64,000 nt of DNA from Rhynchobatus australiae (GCA_034780895.1 JAUZTB010000135.1:81798772-81862771); one strand, 5' to 3'. Numbered from the stretch's first letter, positions 1 to 12,180 are shown. Notes: generated from the sequence alone by a model not told the origin. A program made the numbers and translations.

Positions 1-1971
1 CATCTTTGGCAGGTGTTGGTGCCATATTTGGGCATCACAATCAGGATTTTTTTTATATTTAAAAATTATGATTTACATATAATAAATACAATCAGTACAG
101 ATGTTTCTCCACATTCATTATACAATTAATTCAATTCATTCACCACTCAGGATCCCTGAGTGAGCCTGTTACACATGGCCCAGACACTCAGTGTACATTG
201 GTAGTGCGACCCTAACTGTGGTTCTACCCCTCAAAGTCTTTACATGGCTTCATGTGTCCCTCAGCAGGAACTACTGCACCTTGAGATGTGCCACTTGGCA
301 GAATTCACTTGCAAACATCACAACTGGGTGGTCCATGTTTTTTCACTTAAAGGGTAACATCTATAGCCAGTTCTCTGCACCAGACTCCAGCTTGGGCAGG
401 TCCCCTTTAAATTATACCAAACAAACCCCCCCCCCCCCCCAAAGGATACTTTAAGGCAAGACCTCTCCAGCAAGCACTTTGTCAACCAATCCTCCTTTTA
501 CAACATTACACATGCTGCATTAATGTGAATAGAGGAATATTGTTTTGTTATTTGTAGTGAAATTATAAACTTGTTCTTTGAATTGAGTTTTGAACTGAAC
601 AATGCATTTAGCTTTGTTAAGAGTTGGTCTCTACACTTTGGCAGCTAATTCAGCACAATACGTTCATTAAAATAATAACCTGTTTAATGAAGGTGATTAA
701 TTCTTGCAATGTGATATTAGATCCAGTAAGGGAAATGGTTTCAATAATCCAAGTGCAACATTGGAAACATCACACTCTGACATGTCAAACTTCCCTGACG
801 TCTTTCCATGGAATCTATCCGCTAATTTCTTTAAATAGCTGTACTCCATCCCATCCTCCATAATAATGAGCCAATCTGCAGACTTAGCTGATCAGGCTGT
901 AGGGAATGAGTTTATGTTGTTTCCTTCAGGTTCACCCATTTCACAGCAGGAGACCTGCAACTGTATCTTCTGAAAATATTTATGTATGAACTCTGGGTCT
1001 GTTGGAAATATTGCAATATTAGAAATAGAACTATTTTTCCACTCTTTGAAGTTGTATCACTCAATGGAGAAAAGGTTATTCTTTCTTCATAATGAAGTTT
1101 TCCCTACCTAACATCAACAGCAGCTTGTATGTATTAATTTAGTAACAATCGCATGGTGCTTCATGGAAGCTTTAATGAACAAATGATTGCACCAAACCCA
1201 CATCAGACATCCTTGTGGGTGGGTTTTAAGGATGAAACATGTAGAACAATGGGGAGGCTTGGTTTGTGAGGGGATAAGGGGTATTGTTTCCAGAGCTTAG
1301 GACCAAGCCATCTGAAGCCACATTTGCCAACCACACAGTAATGAAATTCAGAGAAGCNNNNNNNNNNNNNNNNNNNNNNNNNNNNNNCTCAGAGCAAGAA
1401 GTCACAAGAGCAGTTGAAGAATTAGACTTCTTATCACTTTCCAGGGCAACTAGAATGAGTGATAAATGCAACCTTGTCAGTATTGTTTTAAATCCAAAGA
1501 ACATAGTTTAGAAGTGACCTACCTCTTAGAGCCAGTGTACATCTAACCACGGGTTCACCTCTCCTTGCTCTGCCACCATGAATCATTGAGGTTTTAATGC
1601 TTGGAACACTTTTCCCCATTGATTTGGCCTTCCTTGTTATTTGTAGGCACAAGGCCAGTATTTATAAACATATGTTAATGAGCCTTTGCACTCCCTTTCT
1701 TTGTTCCATGGCAACTTTTGTGTTTTCAGACAGCATCAAGTCAACAGGGAGGTGATATTTCCCCATTGAAACGTAGCCAGTGTTTTGATCTTACTAGAAA
1801 TTCTGTACCTTTGCTACTGAACCAACCCTCCTTTCCAGCTGTTTGCTTACCTGAACTTGGTTAGGCACAACTTTATCTCAAACATTATTTCTGTAACCAA
1901 GGCTACTTACATTNNNNNNNNTAGAGTTGACTAATTGTACTTTCATATCCATCTGGGGGTGGGGGGTAGAA

Positions 1972-2042
1972 AAGAAACTTCAGATGCTGAAAACCTGAAA
2001 TAAAAGCAGAAAATGTGGGTATGATTCAGATCAGGCAGCACA
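1972..2042 (-). mobile_element. Penelope-like element terminal-repeat fragment
   Basis: cagatgctgaaaacctgaaataaaagcagaaaatg...tcaggcagca is the same motif that flanks the GIY-YIG remnant at 46050-46590 and recurs more than 10 times in the window. Confidence 0.6.
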
Positions 2043-2159
2043 TCCCTTTATCAATTTGCAAGGCTTTATTAAAATATTTACATCAGAGTCCCTGTAAGGG
2101 CCGAATGGAGATGCCAATGGGCAGACATGCTCCTTGTGTTTTATCAATTAGTTCTGAAC

Positions 2160-2456
2160 TTAAGTTGCCTATAGTCAAGTTTATTGTCATGTGCACAAGT
2201 AGGGTGAGGTATAGGTGCAATGAAAAGCTTGTTTGCAGCAGCATCATGGGCACATAGGCAAAGACAGCACACAGAACATAAATTATACAAGACAGTGAAG
2301 AGAATAAAGAAAGATTGTGCAGGAGAAGACATTAGGGCAAAAAAAAAAGACAGAAACAGAGACAGGTCCATAGTAGTGCAAGGTGTGGTCTGTAGTGTTC
2401 TGTTACTGAGATAGGATTAGGGTTGTGCAGGTCGATTAAAAAACCTAATGATTGGA
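2160..2456 (-). mobile_element. Rex1/Babar-type LINE 3' end, truncated by a gap
   Basis: tttattgtcatgtgcac...gtgcaatgaaaagcttg resembles the 3' UTR of the Rex1 copy at 32750-33310. Confidence 0.55.
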
Positions 2457-3524
2457 NNNNNNNNNNNNNNNNNNNNNNNNNNNNNNNNNNNNNNNNNNNN
2501 NNNNNNNNNNNNNNNNNNNNNNNNNNNNNNNNNNNNNNNNNNNNNNNNNNNNNNNNNNNNNNNNNNNNNNNNNNNNNNNNNNNNNNNNNNNNNNNNNNNN
2601 NNNNNNNNNNNNNNNNNNNNNNNNNNNNNNNNNNNNNNNNNNNNNNNNNNNNNNNNNNNNNNNNNNNNNNNNNNNNNNNNNNNNNNNNNNNNNNNNNNNN
2701 NNNNNNNNNNNNNNNNNNNNNNNNNNNNNNNNNNNNNNNNNNNNNNNNNNNNNNNNNNNNNNNNNNNNNNNNNNNNNNNNNNNNNNNNNNNNNNNNNNNN
2801 NNNGAGTGTCACCGACTTGGCTCTGGTGAGGATCAGTCAGATTTCCTAGCTCTTTTCCAATCATTGAGCTATTAACACTCCATGGGCAACTTTGGTCTGC
2901 CTATCTAATTCAAATGACACTCCATTATGTACATGCCCTGGGCCTAGCACTGCGGCTATTGGCTCCATCCACTGCCAGCCCCTTGCATATGAAAAAGGAA
3001 GGTTGCCCTCTAAAGTTGCCTCATCCATTCTGCTTGTTCTCACTTTGACTGACCTGGTACGTAATTATGACAATTTCTGATTTCACTTCTAAGATGAGAT
3101 GATAGGTAAATTGGCTGATCTTGGATGCATTCAGAAGAAAGATACTCAGGGGTCCAAGTCTACAGGAGTCCTTCATCAAACCTCAGACCCACACTTCCTA
3201 TCAAATGAACTCTTTAACCCATTCCTGCTGATTACAGAACAAAGAAAAAATTCAATGAAACTTAAAACTAAAAAGCTAACATTGAGGTTAGTAAGGCAGC
3301 TGGTGAGGTGAGAAAGTTTGCACACATTGGTTCTTTCGATAAGTTGAATGATGGGAGGTGTAGACAGGTTCTTTCTGGAATAAAAGAACACAATTAAAAA
3401 AATTAGGGATATGTTTGTTTTCCATAACTTATGGTGGCTCTCACCCTAGAGTGAATGGTGTCAGCACTGTCAGATGCTATTGATCACTGCAATGAGCTAA
3501 AGTTCTTCCACGAAAGAGGGGTAT

Positions 3525-3762
3525 GAATGGCAACGTTCCCACATGTTTAAAGACAAGTCACAGAGGTGAATAGAAAAGGTGGCAGTGTCATTGGTTGAAA
3601 CAAACCGTCGCAGCTGGGAGAAGGGATGGTACATTAGAAGGATTATCAAATGAGGTTACATGGGCTGAACTAAAGAACAAGAAAGGAACATTCACATTGT
3701 TGGGAGTGTAGAGCTCTAAACAGTTTGATGGAAATGGGAAACAAATTTACAGGCAGATTTGT
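3525..3762 (+). mobile_element. CR1 LINE ORF2 endonuclease fragment
   Basis: Translates to LEGLSNEVTWAELKNKKGTFTLLGV, a typical CR1 APE segment paralogous to about 7130-7210. Confidence 0.7.
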
Positions 3763-4064
3763 GCTGGGAGGGCACAAAGGGCTTCATCAACAGCTTATCA
3801 CCATGGCAACTCTCGCTGGCCACACACCCCTCTTGCATTCTGCACCATCCCTACCTCAGCTCACAGTCCAGAATAACATGCGAGCTAGGTGATGGACCAT
3901 GAGGATTTCCAAACAATTAGATGCTGGATTATCCAAGTTTTACTGTCTGTCTAAATAATTAATTTTAAAAACTAAAAGCAAAGGAATGAGTATGAAGCCT
4001 GTGGAACTGCATTGATGACAGCCTTCCATTCATAAAAGTATCTGACAACCATCACTTTTTGCTT

Positions 4065-5081
4065 CACAGTAGGGCAATTCCTACAATATTAACTGGGATA
4101 CAGTCTGTGTACAGGATACAGGGGACATAGAATTCCTAAACTGCATTCTGAGTTTAGCCCGTATNNNNNNNNNNNNNNNNNNNNNNNNNNNNNNNNNNNN
4201 NNNNNNNNNNNNNNNNNNNNNNNNNNNNNNNNNNNNNNNNNNNNNNNNNNNNNNNNNNNNNNNNNNNNNNNNNNNNNNNNNNNNNNNNNNNNNNNNNNNN
4301 NNNNNNNNNNNNNNNNNNNNNNNNNNNNNNNNNNNNNNNNNNNNNNNNNNNNNNNNNNNNNNNNNNNNNNNNNNNNNNNNNNNNNNNNNNNNNNNNNNNN
4401 NNNNNNNNNNNNNNNNNNNNNNNNNNNNNNNNNNTAAGGAAGAGATTTAACGTTCAGGATATACATGTTTCCATAGAAAGAAAAAGTGAAATTGCCAAAT
4501 CTAGACCCCCTGATGGCATGTTGCACTGGGGTAAGATGAGGCCAAAAATGGAAGCTTATGCCAGACACCAAATGCTGAGAAACCCTGGAATAGTATGGAA
4601 ATTGCAGAGGAGAAAAGTTAAAAGGAAAATTAGGAAAACAAAGAAAAGGTATGGAAAAAAATACAGGCAATTAAAATCAAAGGAAATCCAAAGAAGTTTC
4701 ATAAATACACACAGAGAGCAAAAAAAGGTAAAGGAAACAGTAGAGAATTCTAGAAACCATAAAAGTAATGTGTATATGTGTGGAAGGAAAGGATGTGAGG
4801 AAGGTTCTTAGAAAATACTTTGACTGTTGTCAGAAAACAGCTTAACAATGTGAAAATTGTAATTAAGACAGAAGAGGGTAAAATGTTGAAACGCAGAATG
4901 AAAGAGTAAGTATTAAGGGGTTTAGCATCACTGAAGTTAGATAGATCTCCAGGCCTGAATGAAATATAAATCCCAGGTTGCAAAGGGAAGCAAGAGGGGA
5001 AATCGCAGATGCTCGAACCATATTTTACTCTACTCCCTGGCTACAAGTATGGTGCCAGAGAATTGGAGCACTGTTAATGTT
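4065..5081 (+). mobile_element. CR1 LINE ORF2 fragment (endonuclease end to pre-RT linker), decayed, spans a gap
   Basis: INWD..IEFLNCIL-like start; later gttagatagatctccaggcctgaatgaaata (DRSPG motif) and ggtgccagagaattggagcactgttaatgtt (VPENWSTVNV, i.e. PxDWxxANV). Confidence 0.75.
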
Positions 5082-5454
5082 TTAAATAAATTTTAATTTT
5101 TCTAATTATTTCCAATTTTTCATCTGTTTCCAAAGGTGTCTAAATATCAGGGCCATTTAGAAACTACGAGAAGGCCTTTTGACATCAGGTACACCTCAGT
5201 GCAGTCTATGGCCAAAGGCTCATCTTCAGCTCCTTGTGGCCTGTTTGCAGCTTGCAGCTGACTGCATCTCATGGAAGAGCTGGGGAGATGGTGTCAGTGG
5301 TGCACTGGGAGCTATGATGCATGGAAATTATGGGGCAATCTCCATGAGGTGCGAGTCAGGATCAGTGAGAACCAGCATTTGAATGTTGTGTTACAATACT
5401 CGTTATAATGCTTTGAGAGGCAAAGTGGGCAGTAATGCTTTTGCTCAAATAACC

Positions 5455-5702
5455 ATGCAGCATGGAAACAGGGCCTTTGACTTACCAAGTCAGCGCTGAC
5501 CATCAACCACCCATTTACTCTCATCCTACACTGAGCATTTTATTCTTGCCTCATTTCCCTCAATTCCTCCCAGATTCTACCACTCACCAACACTCTGGGC
5601 GTAATTAATAGTCTCCAATTAACCTGGATCTGGGAGGAATTGGAAGCAACTTGAGGAATCCCACATGGTCACACAGAGAGTGTGCAAACTCTGCACAGAC
5701 TC
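5455..5702 (-). mobile_element. Decayed HE1/V-SINE
   Basis: gggaggaattggaagcaacttgaggaatcccacatggtcacacagagagtgtgcaaactc is the reverse complement of the V-domain core seen at 28850-28920; CR1-type tail at 5455-5520. Confidence 0.65.
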
Positions 5703-6659
5703 ACAAATTAAATCATCATCATAATTCTTAGGGTAGAATTTAACAGACTGAAGAATTTGTCATTACCACAAATTGTGCCATAATTTATCTGGAGCCAGAA
5801 GCATCAGCTTAGCTGAGGCTCAAGTCAAAGATGCACATCAGATTACTTAACTTAATGTATTGCAACAAGTGCTGTGGATGTTCTCAGGTACTTATGCCAG
5901 AAACTGAGCATGCGGTGTTGGTTACAAGCCATCGATAATTTTAGATGCAGGCAATGTTTCCTGTTATTTGGGATGACAGAACACAACAGTTAATCAATCA
6001 CATTCAATGTTGGAACTACCAGACATAGTGTGAAATATTATTTTGCTCTGGAATGGCAGAATTTTGATTCAGCTATAATATTAAATGATGCTAAATATTT
6101 ACAAATTAATACTGGTAACAAACTTTACACCATACCTTATCCACTGGAGCACTGTTAATGTTAACAACTGCAGCAAATCACAAATAAAACTAACAGTAAC
6201 ACTGAGGTAATGTTCCAGAGGTCAAGATAACTTTCCAAAAGATGAGTTCCATCATGGTAGTATGAGGACTTGAATTTAAAATGCTCAATAAGTTCCTCTT
6301 TTGTGACAATGGCCTATAAAGAATATATAGCATTGTGAACCAAGTTCAATGCACAAACTGGAACAGTTCAAAAAGGAAAACCACTAGTAAGTTTTTCAGT
6401 CAATTAGGAAAGTATTTGGTGAAGGCATCCATGTCCTGAGAATGAAAAGGACGCACATGTATGTATTGCATTAAACAATTTTCATTAATCATGAAGCATA
6501 TGGCATCTTAAAATGTTATTGGTATTGTAAATGTGTAGTTAATTGGTTACCATTATGTCAATATGCTTAGGTATTTTCCTCAGAGACAGGTCCATCCCTC
6601 TGCCACACTTCTGTGGGATATGTCCACCAATTACTCCTGTCTCACCACTCTCACTCTCC

Positions 6660-6820
6660 TCTATGCTAGCCATTTCCCCTCTCCATTCTCAGTCCTGATG
6701 CAGGGTTTCAACCCAAAACGTTGACAACTCCCCCCCCCATAGATGCTGCTCACCCAGTTGAATTCCTCCAGCAGATTGTTTGTTGCTCCAGATCCCAGCA
6801 TCTGCAGTCTCTTGCATCTC
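6660..6820 (+). mobile_element. Penelope-like terminal repeat with a degenerate type I hammerhead ribozyme (6691-6725)
   Basis: agtc-ctgatgc-a-gggtttcaaccc-aaaac-gtt-gac, followed by agatgctgct...ccagcatctgcagtctcttg. Confidence 0.7.
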
Positions 6821-6859
6821 TAGAAGAAAAACTAAGTCAGTCCAGTGGGAAGCAAACAC

Positions 6860-7484
6860 TGGCATGTGAAAACACATGGGAAGATTGGATGTCTAAACTG
6901 CATCTATTTTAATGAAAAGGGCATGACAGGGAAGGCTGATGAACTTAGAACATTGTTCAACACAAGGGGATGTGATATTATTGCAATCACTAAAACATTG
7001 TTGAAAGAAGAGCAGGACTGGCAATTTAACATTCCAGGATATTGAACCTTCAGTTGTGAAAGGAGGGGAAGTAAAATAGGAGGGGACAATGAAATATTAA
7101 TTAAGGAGAACATCATTGCAGCAATGAGGGCAGATGTTCCAAAGAGCTCGTCAAATGAATCCTTATGGGTAGAGCCTAGAGAAAAAAAAAGTGATCACTT
7201 TGCTGAGATCTTATGACAAGCCTCCTACCAGTCAATGGGAGATAGTGGAACAGATGTGGGAAAATTACAGAGAAACAGCAGGAGAAATAGCATTATAGTA
7301 GTAGGGGATTTCAATTTCCCCTATATTAACTTGAATGACCTTAGTGTGAAATGCCTAGAGGGGACAGAATTTTTAAAGTGCATCCAAGAGAGCTTTTTTG
7401 AGCCTTTATGTAAATAGTCATTCCAGAGAAAAGGCAGTACTGGATCTAATTTTAGAGAATGAAGCCTGGCAAGTAGTTGAAATT
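6860..7484 (+). mobile_element. CR1 LINE ORF2 apurinic-endonuclease domain, pseudogenised
   Basis: ORF pieces CLNCIYFNEKGMTGKADELRTL..DIIAITKTLLK..DWQFNIPGY, IIVVGDFNFPYIN and REKAVLDLIL carry APE motifs; stops and frameshifts present. Confidence 0.9.
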
Positions 7485-7826
7485 AGTTTAAACCCATCTC
7501 ATTATCATGAACAAACCCCTCTTCAAGGCTGTTGGACCCATTCTAGCTTGGGTGCAACCCATCTTGCCTCTATAGCCATCTTCCTCAGAAATAGTCCCAG
7601 TGATCCAACCATTTAAAGCTCTCCTTCCTGCGCTATTCTTTAAACCACTTATTTAACTGACCTCACTCTCTACTCCTGTCCACATAATCACATGCAACAG
7701 ATAATAATCTATGGATTACAACTTTAGAGGTCCTGTTCTTTAATTTATGACCCAGCTCTCTGAATTCATGTTGCAGAACCTATCCCTCTTTTTATCTGTA
7801 TCATTAGTACAAATATGGACCATGAC
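7485..7826 (-). mobile_element. CR1 LINE ORF1 (SGNH-esterase-like) C-terminal fragment
   Basis: Minus strand VMVHICTNDTDKKRD matches the VVVHIGTND motif; then RTSKVVI; ends gggtttaaacta like CR1 ORF1 termini. Confidence 0.75.
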
Positions 7827-8559
7827 NNNNNNNNNNNNNNNNNNNNNNNNNNNNNNNNNNNNNNNNNNNNNNNNNNNNNNNNNNNNNNNNNNNNNNNNNN
7901 NNNNNNNNNNNNNNNNNNNNNNNNNNNNNNNNNNNNNNNNNNNNNNNNNNNNNNNNNNNNNNNNNNNNNNNNNNNNNNNNNNNNNNNNNNNNNNNNNNNN
8001 NNNNNNNNNNNNNNNNNNNNNNNNNNNNNNNNNNNNNNNNNNNNNNNNNNNNNNNNNNNNNNNNNNNNNNNNNNNNNNNNNNNNNNNNNNNNNNNNNNNN
8101 NNNNNNNNNNNNNNNNNNNNNNNNNNNNNNNNNNNNNNNNNNNNNNNNNNNNNNNNNNNNNNNNNNNNNNNNNNNNNNNNNNNNNNNNNNNNNNNNNNNN
8201 NNNNNNNNNNNNNNNNNNNNNNNNNNNNNNNNNNNNNNNNNNNNNNNNNNNNNNNNNNNNNNNNNNNNNNNNNNNNNNNNNNNNNNNNNNNNNNNNNNNN
8301 NNNNNNNNNNNNNNNNNNNNNNNNNNNNNNNNNNNNNNNNNNNNNNNNNNNNNNNNNNNNNNNNNNNNNNNNNNNNNNNNNNNNNNNNNNNNNNNNNNNN
8401 NNNNNNNNNNNNNNNNNNNNNNNNNNNNNNNNNNNNNNNNNNNNNNNNNNNNNNNNNNNNNNNNNNNNNNNNNNNNNNNNNNNNNNNNNNNNNNNNNNNN
8501 NNNNNNNNNNNNNNNNNNNNNNNNNNNNNNNNNNNNNCAGATACTGATTTCTGGACACT

Positions 8560-9590
8560 GATTGTGTAATAAGTTGTTTCATTAACTTTTGAAGTCTTGA
8601 TGGAATTCAATGCAGCTGCTCTCTCTGGTCCTTTCACATGTTTATATAGGTTTTATTCTTCCTCTCCTCAGCATCATTTAATGATCTGTAAAGGGTTCCC
8701 TTACTAACTTCAATTCCTGATCTTTTCTCATTCTTCAATTAGATTCCGTCCCTATTGGCTTATCACAACACTTCAAGTGCCCTGTGCCCATTCACTACAG
8801 CCAAGAACTACTTTTAGATCAAGGTTTTTAAATTGGTTCCACTTCTCAATCTGTTTTCCTGGAGTAGTTGGAACTCTTCACTTATAAGTGGATCTTTCAA
8901 TCTGTTGACATCAGATGGCAGTCAAGAGCACTTGAAGTAGTTTCTATGCTGTATATCGGCCTAAGCTTTTACCAGATAGTGGTCACTTCTAATGTCTGAT
9001 CCTTTATATGATCAGACATCTTATAGAGATTTCTACCACTTAGCCCAGATACTCAATCTGATTTCTGGTTATACTTTCTAGAAACCTAAATGTGATAATC
9101 TGTATATTTTTGTGCGCTAAACAGGTTCACCAATTATTAACTTCCAGCAGAACATTCCTCTTACTATCTTCACTTACCTTAGCAGGGCTGTATGCACCAG
9201 TTCCTTCTTCAAATGTCATGCTTTCTGTCCCAGTTTTTCAATTCACATCTCCAGTGACCAGAAGTTTATCATGATTTGATATACCATCAGTCAGCTTGTC
9301 ATAAAAATCTTGTTTCTCTTGCTCAAACCTATTACCTGGTGGAGCATAACATTCAGCTAATGCAAGTTTTCCAATGGTTGGTGATGAATTTTACTGTGGT
9401 AATTTGATCATTCAGTGAATTCCACTCCTTTAATACTTTTGTAGTTAATTGATTGAGAAGAATAGTTATGCACTGTACACCTCTATTATCTATTCAATCA
9501 CAGAGTAATGCAATCTTTTGGTAACTGTTCTAGTTCAATGATTTTTTTGCTTATACCTTGGATGTCTGATCAGTAAATATCCAATATTCC
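8560..9590 (-). mobile_element. RTE-clade LINE endonuclease region, pseudogenised (absent from ORF track)
   Basis: Manual minus-strand translation: LAECYAPPGNRFEQEKQDFYDKLTDGISNHDKLLVTGDVN (9360-9241) and KW*KSL*DV*SYKGSDIRSDHYLVKA (~9040-8965), i.e. YAP, GDxN and SDH APE motifs. Confidence 0.8.
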
Positions 9591-10309
9591 CAAAGAGTTG
9601 GGGAGAAATAAGGATAAAAGCTGTAAAGAAATTCAATGTATTTAAATGGGAGCATCTAAACTTCTGAATACTTTTCATCAAGAACAGGCTTTGCAGCTTT
9701 GTTCTTTTTTATCTCAAACAGTTTATATTTTACAAGAGGTGAATTGATTTTTTGGATACTGGTAATTATTATTAAAGAGTCACCTGTGTAAAACCATTGT
9801 TGAAAAGGTGAGGATCATGTCCTGGTTGGAATCAACATTAGAATGTGATTACATTCTTGTAATACNNNNNNNNNNNNNNNNNNNNNNNNNNNNNNNNNNN
9901 NNNNNNNNNNNNNNNNNNNNNNNNNNNNNNNNNNNNNNNNNNNNNNNNNNNNNNNNNNNNNNNNNTCTTTGTAATACTGACAAAATTCTTTATAGCTTGT
10001 TGATCCATTGTAGAAGGTATATAGTATTATATATGTTTTAAAAATATGGAAATATAAAGAGATTGTAGTTAAAGAAAAAGTAAAAGAAATTATTTAAAAA
10101 TGTTACTCTGTTGGGAGTAACTAATTATAGATCAGTCTGCCTGTATTCACAAGGGGAATGTTAGCAACCTCCTTGTTGTACACAGTGCATCACATTAAAT
10201 ATCATGTGAACTGTGCACATTTACACGCTGGAGAAAATATTCATCATGTGATTAGATTGGTCAATGGACGGAGGAACGAAACTGTCTACAAAATAGGGAG
10301 TGGTAATTA

Positions 10310-10850
10310 GTCATGGAATCATAGTTATGAAGCATCGAAACAGGCCCTACAGCCCAACTCTTCGATGCTGACCAAGATGCCTTCCTGAGCTATTCCCATT
10401 TTCCTGTATTTGGTCCATATCCCTCTATGCCTTTCCTATCTATGAACCTGTCCAAAAGTCTTTCAAACATTGTAATTGTACCTGCCTCTACCACTTCCTC
10501 TGGCAGTTTGTTCCATATACCATGTGAATAACTTGCCTATCAGGTCCACTTTAAATCTTTCACACACTAAACATATGAACTCTAGTTTTAGACTGGGGAA
10601 AAGACTGACCATCCACCTTATCTATGTCCCTCATGGTTTTATAAACCTCAACATGGTCACCTCTCAACCTCCTTCACTGCAGGGAAAACTGTCCCAGCTT
10701 GTCCAGTCTATCTTTGTAACTCAAGTCCTCTAGTCTTGATAACATCCTCANNNNNNNNNNNNNNNNNNNNNNNNNNGAACTCTCTCTCTCTCAATCACGT
10801 TCTTCTTATAGTATAGCGACCAGAACTGCAGACAATTTTCCAGATGAGAA
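10310..10850 (-). mobile_element. CR1 LINE 3' end
   Basis: Reverse complement closely resembles the + strand CR1 3' end at 29700-30045. Confidence 0.85.
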
Positions 10851-12009
10851 CTCAATTGTACCTGATCAACCTATAATCATGACGTGAATATGTGCCATAT
10901 TCTCTGCTGTGATCAAGCACTAGTGTTGGCACAGTTAGGGGTCAGATGTACTTTGTTTTGTGGACATCATTACAGCATCACATGGACTGAGCTTTCCATC
11001 CCCTTTAAACAGGGAGTGCAAGCCAAACTGAAACATTCTAAGCTTCTACCTTATTATTCTACAACTCCAGTGAAGTCACACCACCTACCTGAGGCATAAG
11101 AGCTCCAGGGGGAAGTGGACCTGGAATGTCACATCCTTGCAGTTACCCACAAAGAGGACAAAAGATGATAGTACTTGGTCTGTGTTCATTTTCAGTGAAG
11201 ATCAAATCTTTGCCTCCTTGCAGCTGGAGCACCTGCCCTTGACAGCAAAATAAAACATGCTCCCAAGGGACAGACTATTAGCCAAGCCAGGTGAGCTAAT
11301 GGCCTGGCTGTCACAGTTCTGAGGTCTCTGGGATATATGGTCTCTTTTCCCACAGAGACAGAGTAGAAGGTTCTCAATTTAAAAGAGGTAATATTCACTG
11401 CAGATTTCCCCTTGGGATTTTTAAGCTTCTCACAGGCTGGATATAGAAACCATCACTCTGATAGTCAGTAGCATCATAGCAAATGAACCAGCAAGTGGTA
11501 GCTGCACTGGCATGTACAACAGCTCCTCAGATTGGAGGGAGACTGGAACCAGTCAGGGCCTCTCCCATTGAAGCTCAGTTGATAGCTGTCAGCCCAGGAG
11601 AACAGACTGAACAGCATCTTGCATCAAGCCTCTCAGCATTCGATGGATCTGTGGGTCACCATTTGCAGCACGTCATGGCCACCATCACACAGCCATTGTC
11701 TGGATCCACAGATCCAGGACCACGTGAAAGGATGGCTGTAGGAAGGGCAAGAGCCTGATCCTGCCTGCAACCAGCTGAGCAGCATTTACTCAGGACCTCA
11801 GCCTTCACTCCCAGACCGTCGCACAAGCATAGTAGAGCAAGGCAAAGAAGCAGCTCGGGATCTCCCTCCAGAGACACAACCAGAGGTAGTTAAACCATGG
11901 GAGGAAGCTGCCACGTGATTCCTTCGTTCCAAAACCTTCAGTTAACCATCTCCCAACTTGTAGCTGTAGAATATCTGCCAGAAAGGCAGCAGGAGCTTTC
12001 CTGCAAAGA

Positions 12010-12180
12010 AATGTTTGAATGAGCAGGGATTGGCCACCGGCCCCTCAATCCTGCTCCATCATTTAAAATTGTCGGCACTACTGTCTATTTGCGATAAGAT
12101 TTCACCCTCCACTCCTTGCTTATCAAGAGTCTATCTACCTCTGTCGTAAAAATATGCAAAGGACTCTCCATCCACCATCC
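12010..12180 (-). mobile_element. Old CR1 3' fragment
   Basis: gagcagggattggccaccggcccctcaatcctgctccatcattt resembles the CR1 3' UTR at 38095-38160. Confidence 0.5.

Noticed and set aside
2417-2875. Long ORFs spanning N runs (also 7740-8637, 31030-31653, 34974-35690, 52444-53128, 57285-57852)
   Set aside because: Their length comes from X residues over assembly gaps; no coding evidence
8992-9019. 10-bp perfect inverted repeat atgtctgatc/gatcagacat
   Set aside because: Lies within RTE endonuclease coding remnant; no independent support for function
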